The position numbers and the translations under genes are program-made. Below the pieces are notes generated by a model that worked only from the letters and a program-made list of their open reading frames with translations, was not told where the DNA came from and made no database searches. From Elusimicrobiota bacterium (GTDB lineage Bacteria; Elusimicrobiota; Endomicrobiia; Endomicrobiales; JAPLKN01), in NCBI GenBank assembly GCA_042562855.1, contig JBHPNE010000001.1:35046-99045 (forward strand): a DNA stretch of 64,000 bases, given 5' to 3'. Shown here one piece after another: positions 48,101 through 56,990 of the stretch (position 1 is the stretch's first letter; each line of letters opens with the position of its first letter).

Positions 48101-49720
48101 AGGCATTCTACGCCTGGCGTTGTACTTATATCACCCCCTCCTCATCATGATATTTACTCTATTGAAGATCTGTCCCAGCTGATATTTGATTTGAAAAATG
48201 CAAGCCCAGACGCCCGGGTTTCTGTAAAACTTGTAAGCGAGGCAGGAGTAGGGACTGTTGCAGCGGGCGTTGCAAAAGGCAAGGCAGATATGGTTCTTAT
48301 AAGCGGGGGTGACGGCGGGACAGGAGCATCACCTTGGTCTTCGATAAAACATGCTGGAATGCCGTGGGAAATCGGATTGTCTGAAACACAGCAGACACTG
48401 GTACTTAATAATTTAAGGGATCGTATACGCGTGCAGGTTGACGGGCAGTTGAGAACAGGAAGGGATGTGGTTATTGCTGCTCTTCTTGGCGCTGAAGAGT
48501 ATGGTTTTGGAACAATTGCTCTTGTTACTCTTGGATGCGTGATGATGCGCAAATGCCATTTGAATACCTGTCCTGTAGGTGTTGCTACACAAGATGAAAG
48601 ACTGCGCAAACGATTTGCCGGTAAACCGGAATATGTCATCAACTTTATGAGATTTGTGGCACAGGAAGTAAGGGAAATTATGGCTGAATTAGGCTTTAGA
48701 ACAATTGATGAAATGGTAGGACAGGTTGACAGGCTTAAGGCAGATAAAACAATTAAGCATTGGAAAGCAAAAGGCATTGATTTTTCAAAACTGTTTATGA
48801 AACCAGCCTTGCCTGAAGGCTCTTCATATCATTGTGTTACAACACAGAAATATGATTTCTCGAAATCCATTGGTGAGTCCCCGTATATAGACGGGGAGTT
48901 AATAAAGAACGCAAAAAATGCAATAGAAAATAAACAGCCTGTTAGTTTATTTGCTCAAATAAGAAACTCCAATAGAACTGTTGGAACACGATTAAGTTCC
49001 GAAGTTTCAAAACTTTATGGTTCTGCCGGTTTGCCCGAAAACACAATTAAATGCAAGCTTACCGGTGAAGCAGGCCAAAGTTTTGGAGCATTTCTATCTA
49101 AAGGTATCACATTTGAGCTTGAAGGCGATGCTAATGATTATCTAGGCAAGGGTTTATCAGGCGGACGTATTATACTATATCCAAACAGGAAATCTACGTT
49201 TCGTGCACAGAATAACATTATAACTGGCAATGTAAATTTATTTGGTGCAACTGAAGGAGAGGTTTTTATACATGGGATGGCAGGTGAACGTTTTGCAGTA
49301 CGTAATAGCGGAGCTATTGCTGTCGTTGAAGGAGTGGGTGACCATGGGTGTGAATATATGACGGGCGGGCGAGTGGTTGTACTTGGCCGTACCGGTGTGA
49401 ATTTTGCTGCAGGGATGAGCGGTGGAATTGCGTATGTTTTAGACGAAAACCAGCTTTTTGATACCAAGTGCAACCTGGATATGGTGGACTTAGAGCCTGT
49501 AACCGAAAAAGAAGATATGGATTTTCTATATAATTTAATAAAACGGCACGTAGAATTTACCGAGAGCCAATATGCTGTAAGGATAATAAAAGACTGGGAT
49601 GAGATGCTACCAAAGTTTGTAAAAGTATTCCCGATTGATTATAAGAAGGTTATTGAACGCCAGAAAACAGGCCTTTTAAAAGAAGCCGAAGTTGAGTCTG
49701 TAACAGAGGAAGTTTATTAA
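45176..49720 (+). CDS. gltB: Glutamate synthase large subunit
   Basis: 1514 aa. The N-terminal amidotransferase Cys lies in SCGVGFV. The central, FMN-binding and C-terminal GXGXG beta-helix domains are recognisable. Confidence 0.95.
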   Translation: MKNFGLYDKSFEHDSCGVGFVVDIKGKASHQIIKDGVTVLKNLVHRGAIGGDLKTGDGAGMLLQIPHRFYYEECAKLGFNLPDKGNYGVGFLFLPQDKKVRNNIEKEVTNIIQQEGGSVIGWRDVPVCSDCLGEIAKRTMPFMRQVFTNFPNLIGDELERKLYISRKRMEKAAISIKLSMEEFYIPSFSSRTIVYKGMFVAPQFESFYPDLVEKSFQSAFALVHQRYSTNTFPSWPLAQPFRNIAHNGEINTLRGNINNMKVREATLSSPLFGKGIKKLFPIIMEGGSDSAVFDNTYELLVSSGRSVEHAMMMMIPEPFGTKYHISTDKRGFYEFHAAFMEPWDGPAAIAYTDGTKIGAVLDRNGLRPARYVITKSGKVVLASEVGVLDIAPEDVLEKGRLAPGKMILIDTAIGRVKKDNEIKASVSRQKLYRRWLEENRIELKGLFQPAGPVKVDEKSLLIKQKAFGYTLEDLNMIIKPMAENAQEPIGSMGDDEALSVLSDRPQRLYRYFKQLFAQVTNPPIDPYKENLVMSLMSFIGKERNLLEESPDQCRQLKLSHPILTNEDMDKLRNVDIRDFKSTVVPMTYNLSSSEDTKRNFENAIKFLCRQVEKKVDEGYSIVIISDRRIDENNVPIPALLATSAVNNYLVKKGKRHLIGLVVETGETKEVMDFATLIGYGASAINPYLAFEILAYLKVNGHLSQDMKLETAIDNYIIAVKKGLLKIMSKMGVSTIRSYKGAHLFEAVGLNSEFVNKYFPETPSRIEGVGIDIIAQEALLKHRNAFTGNNMVDSGGHYHFRRSSEKHLLRPEVIGLLQKAVREGNYDLYKKYSRLINEDEECLCTLRGLFRFKKDKSVPVEEVEPVDTIVKRFVTSAMSFGSISKEAHETLAVAMNRLGAQSNSGEGGEDEERYKPLPNGDSMMSKIKQVASGRFGVNSNYLVHSKELQIKMAQGAKPGEGGQLPGHKVDKIIAKVRHSTPGVVLISPPPHHDIYSIEDLSQLIFDLKNASPDARVSVKLVSEAGVGTVAAGVAKGKADMVLISGGDGGTGASPWSSIKHAGMPWEIGLSETQQTLVLNNLRDRIRVQVDGQLRTGRDVVIAALLGAEEYGFGTIALVTLGCVMMRKCHLNTCPVGVATQDERLRKRFAGKPEYVINFMRFVAQEVREIMAELGFRTIDEMVGQVDRLKADKTIKHWKAKGIDFSKLFMKPALPEGSSYHCVTTQKYDFSKSIGESPYIDGELIKNAKNAIENKQPVSLFAQIRNSNRTVGTRLSSEVSKLYGSAGLPENTIKCKLTGEAGQSFGAFLSKGITFELEGDANDYLGKGLSGGRIILYPNRKSTFRAQNNIITGNVNLFGATEGEVFIHGMAGERFAVRNSGAIAVVEGVGDHGCEYMTGGRVVVLGRTGVNFAAGMSGGIAYVLDENQLFDTKCNLDMVDLEPVTEKEDMDFLYNLIKRHVEFTESQYAVRIIKDWDEMLPKFVKVFPIDYKKVIERQKTGLLKEAEVESVTEEVY

Positions 49721-49736
49721 GGAGAATATTTAAAAG

Positions 49737-51182
49737 ATGGCAAAACCTACAGGTTTTCTAGAAATCAAACGAAAAGATGCTAAATATCGTCCTGTTAAGG
49801 AACGAATAAAAGACTATAAGAATGTTGTAGAGTATTTATCATATGACGATGTACGCGAACAGGCATCGCGTTGCATGGATTGCGGCGTGCCTTTCTGTCA
49901 TTGTATTGGATGCTCCGTTGAAAATCTCATACCTGAGTGGAATGATTTGGTATACAAGGGAAAATGGAAGGAAGCATTGGAAAGACTGGAAAACACTAAC
50001 TCTTTGCCTGAAATAACAGGCAGAGTGTGTCCTGCAACTTGTGAAGCCTCGTGTACGTTATCTATAAACGATAACCCTGTTGCAATAAAACAGATTGAGC
50101 TGGCAATTATTGAATACGGATTTAAACAAGGCTGGATTAAACCAAAAATACCTGGTGCAAAAATAGATAAGAAGGTGGCAATTATAGGTTCAGGGCCGGC
50201 TGGCCTTTCTGCTGCTATAGTTTTAAGGGAGTTGGGGTACAAAGTTACTGTGTTTGAAAAATCAAAAGCTATTGGTGGTATATTAAGGTATGGAATTCCG
50301 GATTTTAAACTGGAAAAATGGGTGATTGACCGAAGGATTGATATAATGAAAAAATCAGGGATTAAGTTTGAAACAGGTGTTAACATAGGTGAGGATATGT
50401 CTGAGCATTACCTTAGAAGGTCTTTTGACACAATTCTTTTAACCATTGGCGCTGGGCAACCCAGGGATTTAACAGTACCTGGCCGCCAGTTACAAGGCAT
50501 TCATTTTGCAATGGATTATTTAATGTGTTCTAATAAATACGTATCAGGCGATATAAAAAAAGATGTCCCCATAAATGCCAAAGGAAAAAATGTTCTTGTT
50601 ATAGGTGCTGGGGATACTGGTTCAGATTGTATAGGAACTGCTAACAGGCAAGGTGCAAAAAAGGTTTATCAATTTGAAATTTTACAAAAGCCTGAAGAAT
50701 GGAAAGAATCCTATAACCCAAACTGGCCTGACTGGCCTTTGATACTAAGAACAACGTCTTCTCATAAAGAAGGAGTAGAGAGAGACTGGTCTATTACTAC
50801 AAAAAAATTTATGGGTAAAAATAATCAAGTTCAAGAAATACATTGCTCTAGGGTTGAGTGGAAGTCGTCAGAAAAAGGTTTAAGACCTCAAATGGTTGAA
50901 GCGCAAGGAAGCGATTTTACCATTAAGGTTGACCTGGTTATACTGGCAACAGGTTTTGTGCATGTTGAACACAATAAATTGCTTAAGAAATTGAAGATTG
51001 AGTATGACCAGTGTGGCAATATCAAAACTGATATAAACTACACTACAAATGTTGAAGGTATATTTGCTGCTGGTGATTCTAATGTGGGTGCTTCACTAGT
51101 AGTTCGTGCGATTTATGACGGCCAGCAGGTGGCCATGAAGATGCACGGATTTCTAAATAGTCTAAATAGCAGCAAAAAATAG
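49737..51182 (+). CDS. gltD: Glutamate synthase small subunit (NADPH)
   Basis: The Fe-S Cys clusters are CMDCGVPFC and CPATCEASC. The dinucleotide folds are VAIIGSGPAGLSAA and VLVIGAGDTGSDC. Confidence 0.9.
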   Translation: MAKPTGFLEIKRKDAKYRPVKERIKDYKNVVEYLSYDDVREQASRCMDCGVPFCHCIGCSVENLIPEWNDLVYKGKWKEALERLENTNSLPEITGRVCPATCEASCTLSINDNPVAIKQIELAIIEYGFKQGWIKPKIPGAKIDKKVAIIGSGPAGLSAAIVLRELGYKVTVFEKSKAIGGILRYGIPDFKLEKWVIDRRIDIMKKSGIKFETGVNIGEDMSEHYLRRSFDTILLTIGAGQPRDLTVPGRQLQGIHFAMDYLMCSNKYVSGDIKKDVPINAKGKNVLVIGAGDTGSDCIGTANRQGAKKVYQFEILQKPEEWKESYNPNWPDWPLILRTTSSHKEGVERDWSITTKKFMGKNNQVQEIHCSRVEWKSSEKGLRPQMVEAQGSDFTIKVDLVILATGFVHVEHNKLLKKLKIEYDQCGNIKTDINYTTNVEGIFAAGDSNVGASLVVRAIYDGQQVAMKMHGFLNSLNSSKK

Positions 51183-51203
51183 TATCTATCAGAGGCATAG
51201 ATT

Positions 51204-51320
51204 ATGAAAAGTGTTATAAAATACGAAGATGAAGTGAAAATATTGCGTGATATTACTCAAAGTATAAGTTGTACTTTAAATCTTGAGGAAGTTTTAAAAA
51301 AGATAGTAGTGGCGGTTTGA
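51204..51320 (+). pseudogene. 38-codon ORF resembling the start of a GAF-domain regulator (possible gene relic)
   Basis: MKSVIKYEDEVKILRDITQSISCTLNLEEVLKKIVVAV* resembles the first helix/strand of GAF domains and then stops. AGAGG lies 8 nt upstream. Confidence 0.25.
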
Positions 51321-51332
51321 TAAAGCAAAAAC

Positions 51333-51361
51333 TTGACAAGTTGGCAAATATTTGAGAAAAT
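51333..51361 (+). promoter_or_regulatory. Sigma70-type promoter candidate for the GSIII gene
   Basis: TTGACA (51333-51338), 17-nt spacer, GAAAAT (51356-51361). Confidence 0.35.
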
Positions 51362-51436
51362 GTCTTCGGAAAGACAAAGGTGTTTTTCCATGTATGACTG
51401 TGAGAGTCAAAATATTTTGTGAAAAGTAATCGCGAT

Positions 51437-51469
51437 GAAGCGTTCCGATAAAGGGCGTTTCTTTTTTTT
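51437..51469 (+). terminator. Terminator-like hairpin plus U-run inside the GSIII leader
   Basis: GAAGCG / CGTTTC stem (one G-U pair) with a 13-nt loop, followed by 8 T. It ends 33 nt upstream of the ATG at 51502. Confidence 0.35.
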
Positions 51470-51501
51470 GTTTAAAAAACTATTGAAAAGGAGATACTAA
51501 A

Positions 51502-53643
51502 ATGGTAAAAGGAATAAACATTGAAAAGGAGATAGGCAAAATGGTTACAAAACGAAAGAAAATTAATATTAATGCAGCGACTGATGTTTATGGTAAAAAT
51601 GTATTTAGCCTGAAAAATATGCGTAGTTATTTGTCGGAAAAAGCATATAATTCCCTAAGGTCAACTATAAAGGAAGGAAAGTCAATAGATCCAAAAATTG
51701 CCGATGAAGTGGCCGAGGCCATGAAGGCCTGGGCAGTTGAGAAAGGTGCAACTCACTTTACCCATTGGTTTCAGCCTTTAACTGGTTCAACAGCTGAAAA
51801 ACATGATTCATTTATTTCTCCGGATGGTGAGGGTGGAATAGTGATGAAGTTTTCAGGCAAGGAACTTATCCAGGGAGAGCCTGATGCTTCAAGTTTTCCT
51901 TCGGGCGGCTTACGTGCAACTTTTGAAGCTCGTGGTTACACAGCTTGGGATCCGACAAGCCCTGCTTTTATTACTGAAGGCACAAAAGCTGTAACTCTTT
52001 GCATTCCTACAGCATTTTATTCGTATACAGGCGTGGCATTGGACAAGAAAACTCCTCTTTTGAGATCAATTGATGTTTTATCCAGACAGCTTTGTCGTCT
52101 TGGAAGTTTATTTGGCGGCAATATAAAAAATAAGCGAGCCTATGCTACGCTTGGTGCTGAACAGGAGTATTTCTTAATAGATAAAAAATTCTATGATGAA
52201 AGACTGGATCTTTTACAAACAGGGCGAACGCTTTTTGGCAGAAAACCTGCTAAACATCAGCAAATGGAAGATCATTATTTCGGTGCTATAAAGCCAAGAG
52301 TATTGGCATTTATGGAAGACTTGGACAATGCTCTTTGGAAATTAGGTGTTCCGTCAAAAACAAGGCATAATGAAGTTTGCCCGGCACAGTTTGAGATCGC
52401 TCCCGTTTTTGAGGAGTTGAATCTTGCGGTTGACCATAATATGCTGACCATGGAAACATTGCGTCGGGTAGCTGGGAAACATGGTTTTGTGTGTTTATTG
52501 CATGAAAAACCTTTTGCCGGTGTTAATGGGTCTGGTAAGCATAACAACTGGGCAATAGTCGGCCCGGATGGTAAGAACTGGTTAAGCCCCGGAGATAATC
52601 CTCACGATAATGCCCAGTTTTTGACAATAATATGCGCTTTGATAAAAGCGGTTGATGCAAATGCTGATATTTTAAGAGGAAGCATTGCATCCGCTGGAAA
52701 CGATCATAGACTGGGCGCTAATGAAGCTCCTCCTGCGATAATTTCAATTTTTTTGGGAGAGCAGCTAACCGATATCATAGAACAGATTGAAAAAGGTGGC
52801 GCAAAAACATCTAAAGCACAGGATGTTTTAGAACTTGGAGCTACATCTCTTCCTCCTTTAGCAAAAGATGTTACAGATAGAAACAGGACTTCTCCTTTTG
52901 CATTTACGGGAAACAAATTTGAATTTCGTGCTGTTGGTTCCAATCAAAGCTGTTCAGGGCCTAATGTTGTTTTAAATACCATAGTTGCCGATGTAATTGA
53001 TGAGATTTGTACACAACTTGAGAAAGACAAAAAAGATGGGAAAGACTTCAATTCATCATTACAGTTAATTCTGCAAGACATCGTTACGAAACATAAAAGA
53101 ATTCTATTTAACGGTGATAATTATACTGATGAATGGCACGCAGAAGCTGAAAGACGAGGGCTTCCGAACTTAAAAACTACTCCTGAAGCTTTAGAGTCTT
53201 TGAGAACTGATAAAGCGGTTAAATTGTTCAGTAAGCACAAAGTTCTTTCAAAAGAAGAATTACAATCCCGTTACGATATTTATGCAGAACAATATGAAAA
53301 AATTATCACAATAGAGGCCGGTGTTTCTCTAGAAATAGCTAATACTATGATTCTTCCCGCAGCTTTGGAATATCAGAATCTTTTGGCCAGCACGCTTGAA
53401 AAAACAAAAAATTGCGGTATACAATCTTCTAAAACCGAAGATCTTCTAAAACAAACTTGCAGTTTATTTGACTCCCTGGTTGATAAAATCGAAAACCTGG
53501 AAAAGGTATCAGAAGGAGAGGATACAAAAGAGAAGCTTTCAGCAATGAATAATTTGCGCGAGGTTGCAGATGAATTGGAAGGAATTGTGCCGAGTGATAT
53601 CTGGCCTTTGCCTTCATATGCTGAGATGCTTTTTGTAATGTAA
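51502..53643 (+). CDS. glnN: Glutamine synthetase type III
   Basis: 713 aa. AGGAG RBS. GSIII-type motifs are NGSGKHNNWA and EVCPAQFEIAP, with NDHRLGANEAPP. Confidence 0.9.
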   Translation: MVKGINIEKEIGKMVTKRKKININAATDVYGKNVFSLKNMRSYLSEKAYNSLRSTIKEGKSIDPKIADEVAEAMKAWAVEKGATHFTHWFQPLTGSTAEKHDSFISPDGEGGIVMKFSGKELIQGEPDASSFPSGGLRATFEARGYTAWDPTSPAFITEGTKAVTLCIPTAFYSYTGVALDKKTPLLRSIDVLSRQLCRLGSLFGGNIKNKRAYATLGAEQEYFLIDKKFYDERLDLLQTGRTLFGRKPAKHQQMEDHYFGAIKPRVLAFMEDLDNALWKLGVPSKTRHNEVCPAQFEIAPVFEELNLAVDHNMLTMETLRRVAGKHGFVCLLHEKPFAGVNGSGKHNNWAIVGPDGKNWLSPGDNPHDNAQFLTIICALIKAVDANADILRGSIASAGNDHRLGANEAPPAIISIFLGEQLTDIIEQIEKGGAKTSKAQDVLELGATSLPPLAKDVTDRNRTSPFAFTGNKFEFRAVGSNQSCSGPNVVLNTIVADVIDEICTQLEKDKKDGKDFNSSLQLILQDIVTKHKRILFNGDNYTDEWHAEAERRGLPNLKTTPEALESLRTDKAVKLFSKHKVLSKEELQSRYDIYAEQYEKIITIEAGVSLEIANTMILPAALEYQNLLASTLEKTKNCGIQSSKTEDLLKQTCSLFDSLVDKIENLEKVSEGEDTKEKLSAMNNLREVADELEGIVPSDIWPLPSYAEMLFVM

Positions 53644-53665
53644 TTTTTTGCTGTACATATAAACG

Positions 53666-53709
53666 TTAGAGGTGCTCATTGTTTTTACAATAAGCACCTC
53701 TAATTTTTT
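53666..53709 (+). terminator. Rho-independent terminator after glnN
   Basis: TTAGAGGTGC / GCACCTCTAA 10-bp stem followed by TTTTTT. Confidence 0.75.
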
Positions 53710-53721
53710 AGAGTAAAAAAC

Positions 53722-53753
53722 AAAAAACTCTCAATTAATAATTGAGAGTTTTT
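53722..53753. terminator. Bidirectional terminator between glnN and the convergent csp
   Basis: CTCTCAATT-AAT-AATTGAGAG perfect stem, flanked by an A-run upstream and a T-run downstream. Confidence 0.7.
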
Positions 53754-53788
53754 GTTTAATTGTTCAAAAGCTATTGTTTAAGAGATTA

Positions 53789-53992
53789 TTATGCTTTCTT
53801 AATGTTAGTTGCTTTTGGACCTTTGTCTGAAGACTCAACTTCAAATGTAACTGAATCTCCTTCTGCTAAGCTTTTGTAGCCATCTCCTGTAATTGCAGAA
53901 TAATGTGCGAACACATCACCACTACCATCATCATTGGAAATGAATCCAAAACCCTTCGCATCGTTGAACCACTTCACTTTTCCTGTTGCCAT
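53789..53992 (-). CDS. Cold-shock protein (CspA family), paralog of 16556..16759
   Basis: The start was moved to the ATG at 53992. KGFGFI and VFAHY motifs are present. It shares about 85% of residues with the other copy. Confidence 0.92.
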   Translation of the reverse strand: MATGKVKWFNDAKGFGFISNDDGSGDVFAHYSAITGDGYKSLAEGDSVTFEVESSDKGPKATNIKKA

Positions 53993-54117
53993 GTAACACT
54001 TCACCTTCCTTTTCTCTTCACCCAGAATCGGGATAATTTTCGCGCCCACCAATCGTTGAAACCTGTTGCATTATAGCTAATTAATGACTAATAAGTCAAC
54101 CTATTTTCAAAAATAAT

Positions 54118-54984
54118 TTATTGTTTTTGAACAGGTCTTTTGCGTTGTGATGAAGACGGATTTAGGCCTATCATTGGGATTGAGCCAGTACCTGTAACCT
54201 GAGGCAGAATACCGTCCCATTTTTCAATAGCTTTCATATTTGCTTCAACTTTTCTAAGCTCAATCAGTTGGCCTGAGATGTTAGCTCTTTGAAGCCTTAA
54301 AGATTCTGCTTCAGCTTTTGCTGCTGTAACCTTTTGTTTTGCTTCAATTTTTATTCTATCTAAATCTCTCGATGCTTTTAAAGCAAGCTGTTCAGCACTT
54401 TGCTTTGCTTCTATTGCTTCAGTGAAACTTGCCGAAAAACTGAATGCTGCAATTGAAAAAGCATCAACTGTAATATTATGTTTGCCGAGTCTTTCTGTAA
54501 GCGCTTCTTGCATTCCCATGCTTACCATAGGTCTTTTGGTGATCAGCTCTTCTGCTGTATACTTTGCAGTCACTGCTTTGACAATTTCCAAGATTGCAGG
54601 GTCAATTATTCTTTCTTTAAATCTAATGCCAAGCTTTTGATATACAATATTTGTTTTTGAAGGGTCTAAGTGATAGTTCAATGCTACGGTTGATGTTACA
54701 TCTTGTAGATCTGCGGAAGCGGCAACGGTGTCTGTTGTAGCTTTTTGTACCTTTACATCCATTAATACTACATCCTGCATAACAGGTACCCTAAAATGCA
54801 AACCTTCATTAAATACAGCATCCTGTACAGCGCCAAAATTCATAACTACTCCGCGTTCTCCAGGGCCGACAACCACCCAAGGTCTAAAAAGCAGAAAAAG
54901 AAAAAACAACGCCCCAATAATAATCAGCCAAAAGGGAGTTTTTTTAATTGAATCAAGTACCTTTGTAATATCTTGTTCTTCCAT
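54118..54984 (-). CDS. SPFH/Band 7 (prohibitin-like) membrane protein
   Basis: An N-terminal TM segment is followed by VVVGPGERGVVMNFGAV...GLHFRVP and a coiled-coil tail. AGGAGG RBS. Confidence 0.85.
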   Translation of the reverse strand: MEEQDITKVLDSIKKTPFWLIIIGALFFLFLLFRPWVVVGPGERGVVMNFGAVQDAVFNEGLHFRVPVMQDVVLMDVKVQKATTDTVAASADLQDVTSTVALNYHLDPSKTNIVYQKLGIRFKERIIDPAILEIVKAVTAKYTAEELITKRPMVSMGMQEALTERLGKHNITVDAFSIAAFSFSASFTEAIEAKQSAEQLALKASRDLDRIKIEAKQKVTAAKAEAESLRLQRANISGQLIELRKVEANMKAIEKWDGILPQVTGTGSIPMIGLNPSSSQRKRPVQKQ

Positions 54985-55081
54985 AAAATCCTCCTAATTT
55001 TTGTGTCATTCTATATATTTCAAGACCCTATGTCAATCAAAATAATTTTAATTTTTACTAAAAAAATGTTAGAATCAAAAA

Positions 55082-55615
55082 ATGAATTCAATAAAGGGCA
55101 TTGACGATATTTTTGTTTTGTATGAAGAACAAATTTCCGATCACTTTTGTTCAATGATGCAAGGCATTAAAAATGATAAGGTTAAATTGGTCGAGTTGGC
55201 AGAGAAACTAGCAAGCGCTTTAAAGGACAAAAAAAGCATAATTAAAAATATTGATGCAATTGTCCCAATTCCATTACATTCAGAAAGGGAAAAAAGCCGG
55301 GGTTTTAATCAGTCATACGAAATATCAAAAATGGTGGCCAAAAAACTTGATATTCCGATTATTTCAGGAGCAATTGAGAGGACCAAAAATACCCGTCAGT
55401 TAAAAGCTTTAAGCAAAGAGGAAAGAGAAACTGAAATCGAAGAAGCATTTAATTTATTGGGGCCTGAATTGTTGAAAGGAAAAAACCTTCTTGTAATTGA
55501 CGATGTAATATCATCGGGAACAACGCTTTCGAAATTTTCAAATTATTTGAAACAAGCTGGTGCAAAAAATATTTTCGCTGCAGCACTTTTCAAAGTGAAA
55601 ATTGTTAAGGTTTAA
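55082..55615 (+). CDS. ComF-family phosphoribosyltransferase-like protein (lacks the N-terminal zinc-finger region)
   Basis: PRTase motif LLVIDDVISSGTTL. ComF-like IVPIPLHSEREKSRGFNQS. Confidence 0.7.
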   Translation: MNSIKGIDDIFVLYEEQISDHFCSMMQGIKNDKVKLVELAEKLASALKDKKSIIKNIDAIVPIPLHSEREKSRGFNQSYEISKMVAKKLDIPIISGAIERTKNTRQLKALSKEERETEIEEAFNLLGPELLKGKNLLVIDDVISSGTTLSKFSNYLKQAGAKNIFAAALFKVKIVKV

Positions 55616-55624
55616 GGATTAATT

Positions 55625-55844
55625 ATGTCCAGAGTTAAAATGTTAGAATGCTTTCAGGCCCGGAATGCCCCGTTTGTGTTACTCCTGTATCATGTATTGA
55701 TAAGATTATTGCTTTGTCTGAATATAAAGATATATTATAGCGATTTTTGGAGATATGTTAAGAGTTTCTGGTTCAAAGAAAAATCTTGAAAAAGAAAGAA
55801 GCGAAGACAAGGCAATAAAAGTTGTTTATTCTCCAAGGGTATAA
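55625..55844 (+). pseudogene. hypD: Relic of hydrogenase maturation gene hypD (three short fragments in different frames)
   Basis: The fragments translate to RVKMLEC, SGPECPVCVTPVSCIDKIIALSEYKDIL* and DMLRVSGSKKNLEKERSEDKAIKVVYSPRV*. These match the conserved HypD blocks MEVCGGHT, GPGCPVCVT and GDMLRVPGS...VRIVYSP. Confidence 0.5.
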
Positions 55845-55981
55845 TCCTATATTAAAATACAAAATAACAAAGAAGAATTTATAATTCCAATAAAAAATAT
55901 GCAAAAGAAAACCCAAAAATAATTTAAAAGCTAACGTTATAATTTTTAAGAATATTTTTGAATTTAACAGGAGAATAAATT

Positions 55982-56536
55982 ATGCTCATAAAAATGATTT
56001 TAAAAACCTTGCTTTCATTTTCAAGTAAAGAAAAAAATAAATTCAATAAAATAATTGAAACTATTTCTGTATGGTTGTTTTTTTTGCTTTTACTGCCGGC
56101 ACCTTTTGTTTTGGTGTTTAATAAATATTTTCTTAATTCCTTGTATATTAAGTATTCTTTTCTAACACACATATTTATTGTTTGTTTGTTTATATTTTTA
56201 GGACTTTTTATTATTATATGGTCAATTATTAGTCACTTGAAAATTGGGAAGGGAACATCAGTGCCTAATATACCTCCTAAAAATCTTATTATATTAGGAC
56301 CTTATAAAATAGTAAGAAATCCTATTATGCTTGGTTTAGCAATTTATTATTGTGGAATAGGTACACTTTTTGCAAATCTATCGCTTGGAATAATGAGTTT
56401 TATTCTTTATTTATTAGCAGGGGGATTTTATAACAAATTTGTCGAAGAAAAGGAACTTGAAGCAAGATTTGGCGATGATTATATTGAGTATAAGAAAAAT
56501 ACACCCTTTGTTTTTCCATTTAGATTATTTAAATAA
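55982..56536 (+). CDS. Isoprenylcysteine carboxyl methyltransferase (ICMT/PEMT) family membrane protein
   Basis: GPYKIVRNPIMLG and EEKELEARFGDDYIEYKKNTP motifs. 4-5 TM segments. AGGAG RBS. Confidence 0.75.
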   Translation: MLIKMILKTLLSFSSKEKNKFNKIIETISVWLFFLLLLPAPFVLVFNKYFLNSLYIKYSFLTHIFIVCLFIFLGLFIIIWSIISHLKIGKGTSVPNIPPKNLIILGPYKIVRNPIMLGLAIYYCGIGTLFANLSLGIMSFILYLLAGGFYNKFVEEKELEARFGDDYIEYKKNTPFVFPFRLFK

Positions 56537-56579
56537 ATGTTAGTTAAAAAATTAAATTGTATTAGAGCGTGAAAAAATA

Positions 56580-56814
56580 ATGAAAATATATGTTTTTTGC
56601 GGTGCAAATTCAGGGAAATCTACAAAATATTCAATGCTCGCTTATGAACTTGGCAAAATAATGGCAGAAGAAAATATAAGCTTGGTTTACGGCGCAACAG
56701 TTCCGAGTATTAATTGCCGGCGGAGATATTGTTGGCGATGATGCTGTAATTAAAGCAATGGACATGGGCAAAAAAGCAGCGTTTGAAATCTCAAAATACC
56801 TATCTAAAAAATAG
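56580..56814 (+). pseudogene. Chimeric gene relic: a LOG-family (TIGR00730-like) N-terminus joined out of frame to the C-terminus of a GltD-like pyridine-nucleotide oxidoreductase
   Basis: Frame 1 reads MKIYVFCGANSGKSTKYSMLAYELGKIMAEENISLVYGA and then stops. Another frame reads IAGGDIVGDDAVIKAMDMGKKAAFEISKYLSKK*. Confidence 0.45.
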
Positions 56815-56843
56815 CTTCTGTTACAGCTCAACATTTACCATTG

Positions 56844-56872
56844 TTGACTATCTAAATAGTTATAAGTATAAT
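56844..56872 (+). promoter_or_regulatory. Strong sigma70-type promoter upstream of tRNA-Thr
   Basis: TTGACT (56844-56849), 17-nt spacer, TATAAT (56867-56872). The tRNA starts ~47 nt downstream. Confidence 0.55.
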
Positions 56873-56918
56873 TAGCCTAAGTTAAACATTGATTTTTCAA
56901 TATATTTATTTAAATTGT

Positions 56919-56990
56919 GCCGGCGTAGCTCAGTGGTAGAGCAATCGCTTCGTAAGCGATGGGTCGGGGGTTCAAATCCCTTCGCCGGCT
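56919..56990 (+). tRNA. tRNA-Thr (anticodon CGU)
   Basis: Hand-folded cloverleaf:
- acceptor GCCGGCG/CGCCGGC
- D arm GCTC-AGTGGTA-GAGC
- anticodon arm ATCGC-TTCGTAA-GCGAT
- T arm GGGGG-TTCAAAT-CCCTT (two G-U pairs)
CCA is not encoded. Confidence 0.88.

Noticed and set aside
48154-48777. A 207-aa antisense ORF inside gltB. Similar shadow ORFs occur at 4920..5384, 19236..19688, 49898..50386 and 8745..9107.
   Set aside because: They lie opposite strongly supported genes. They are Ser/Pro/Thr/Ala-rich or otherwise of skewed composition, as is typical of antisense frames. They have no motifs or RBS.
16556-53992. The two csp paralogs in inverted orientation, 37 kb apart, as a recombination or inversion module.
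   Set aside because: They differ at many synonymous positions, so they are ordinary diverged paralogs. The short stretches of identity are unlikely to drive inversion, and there is no other supporting signal.
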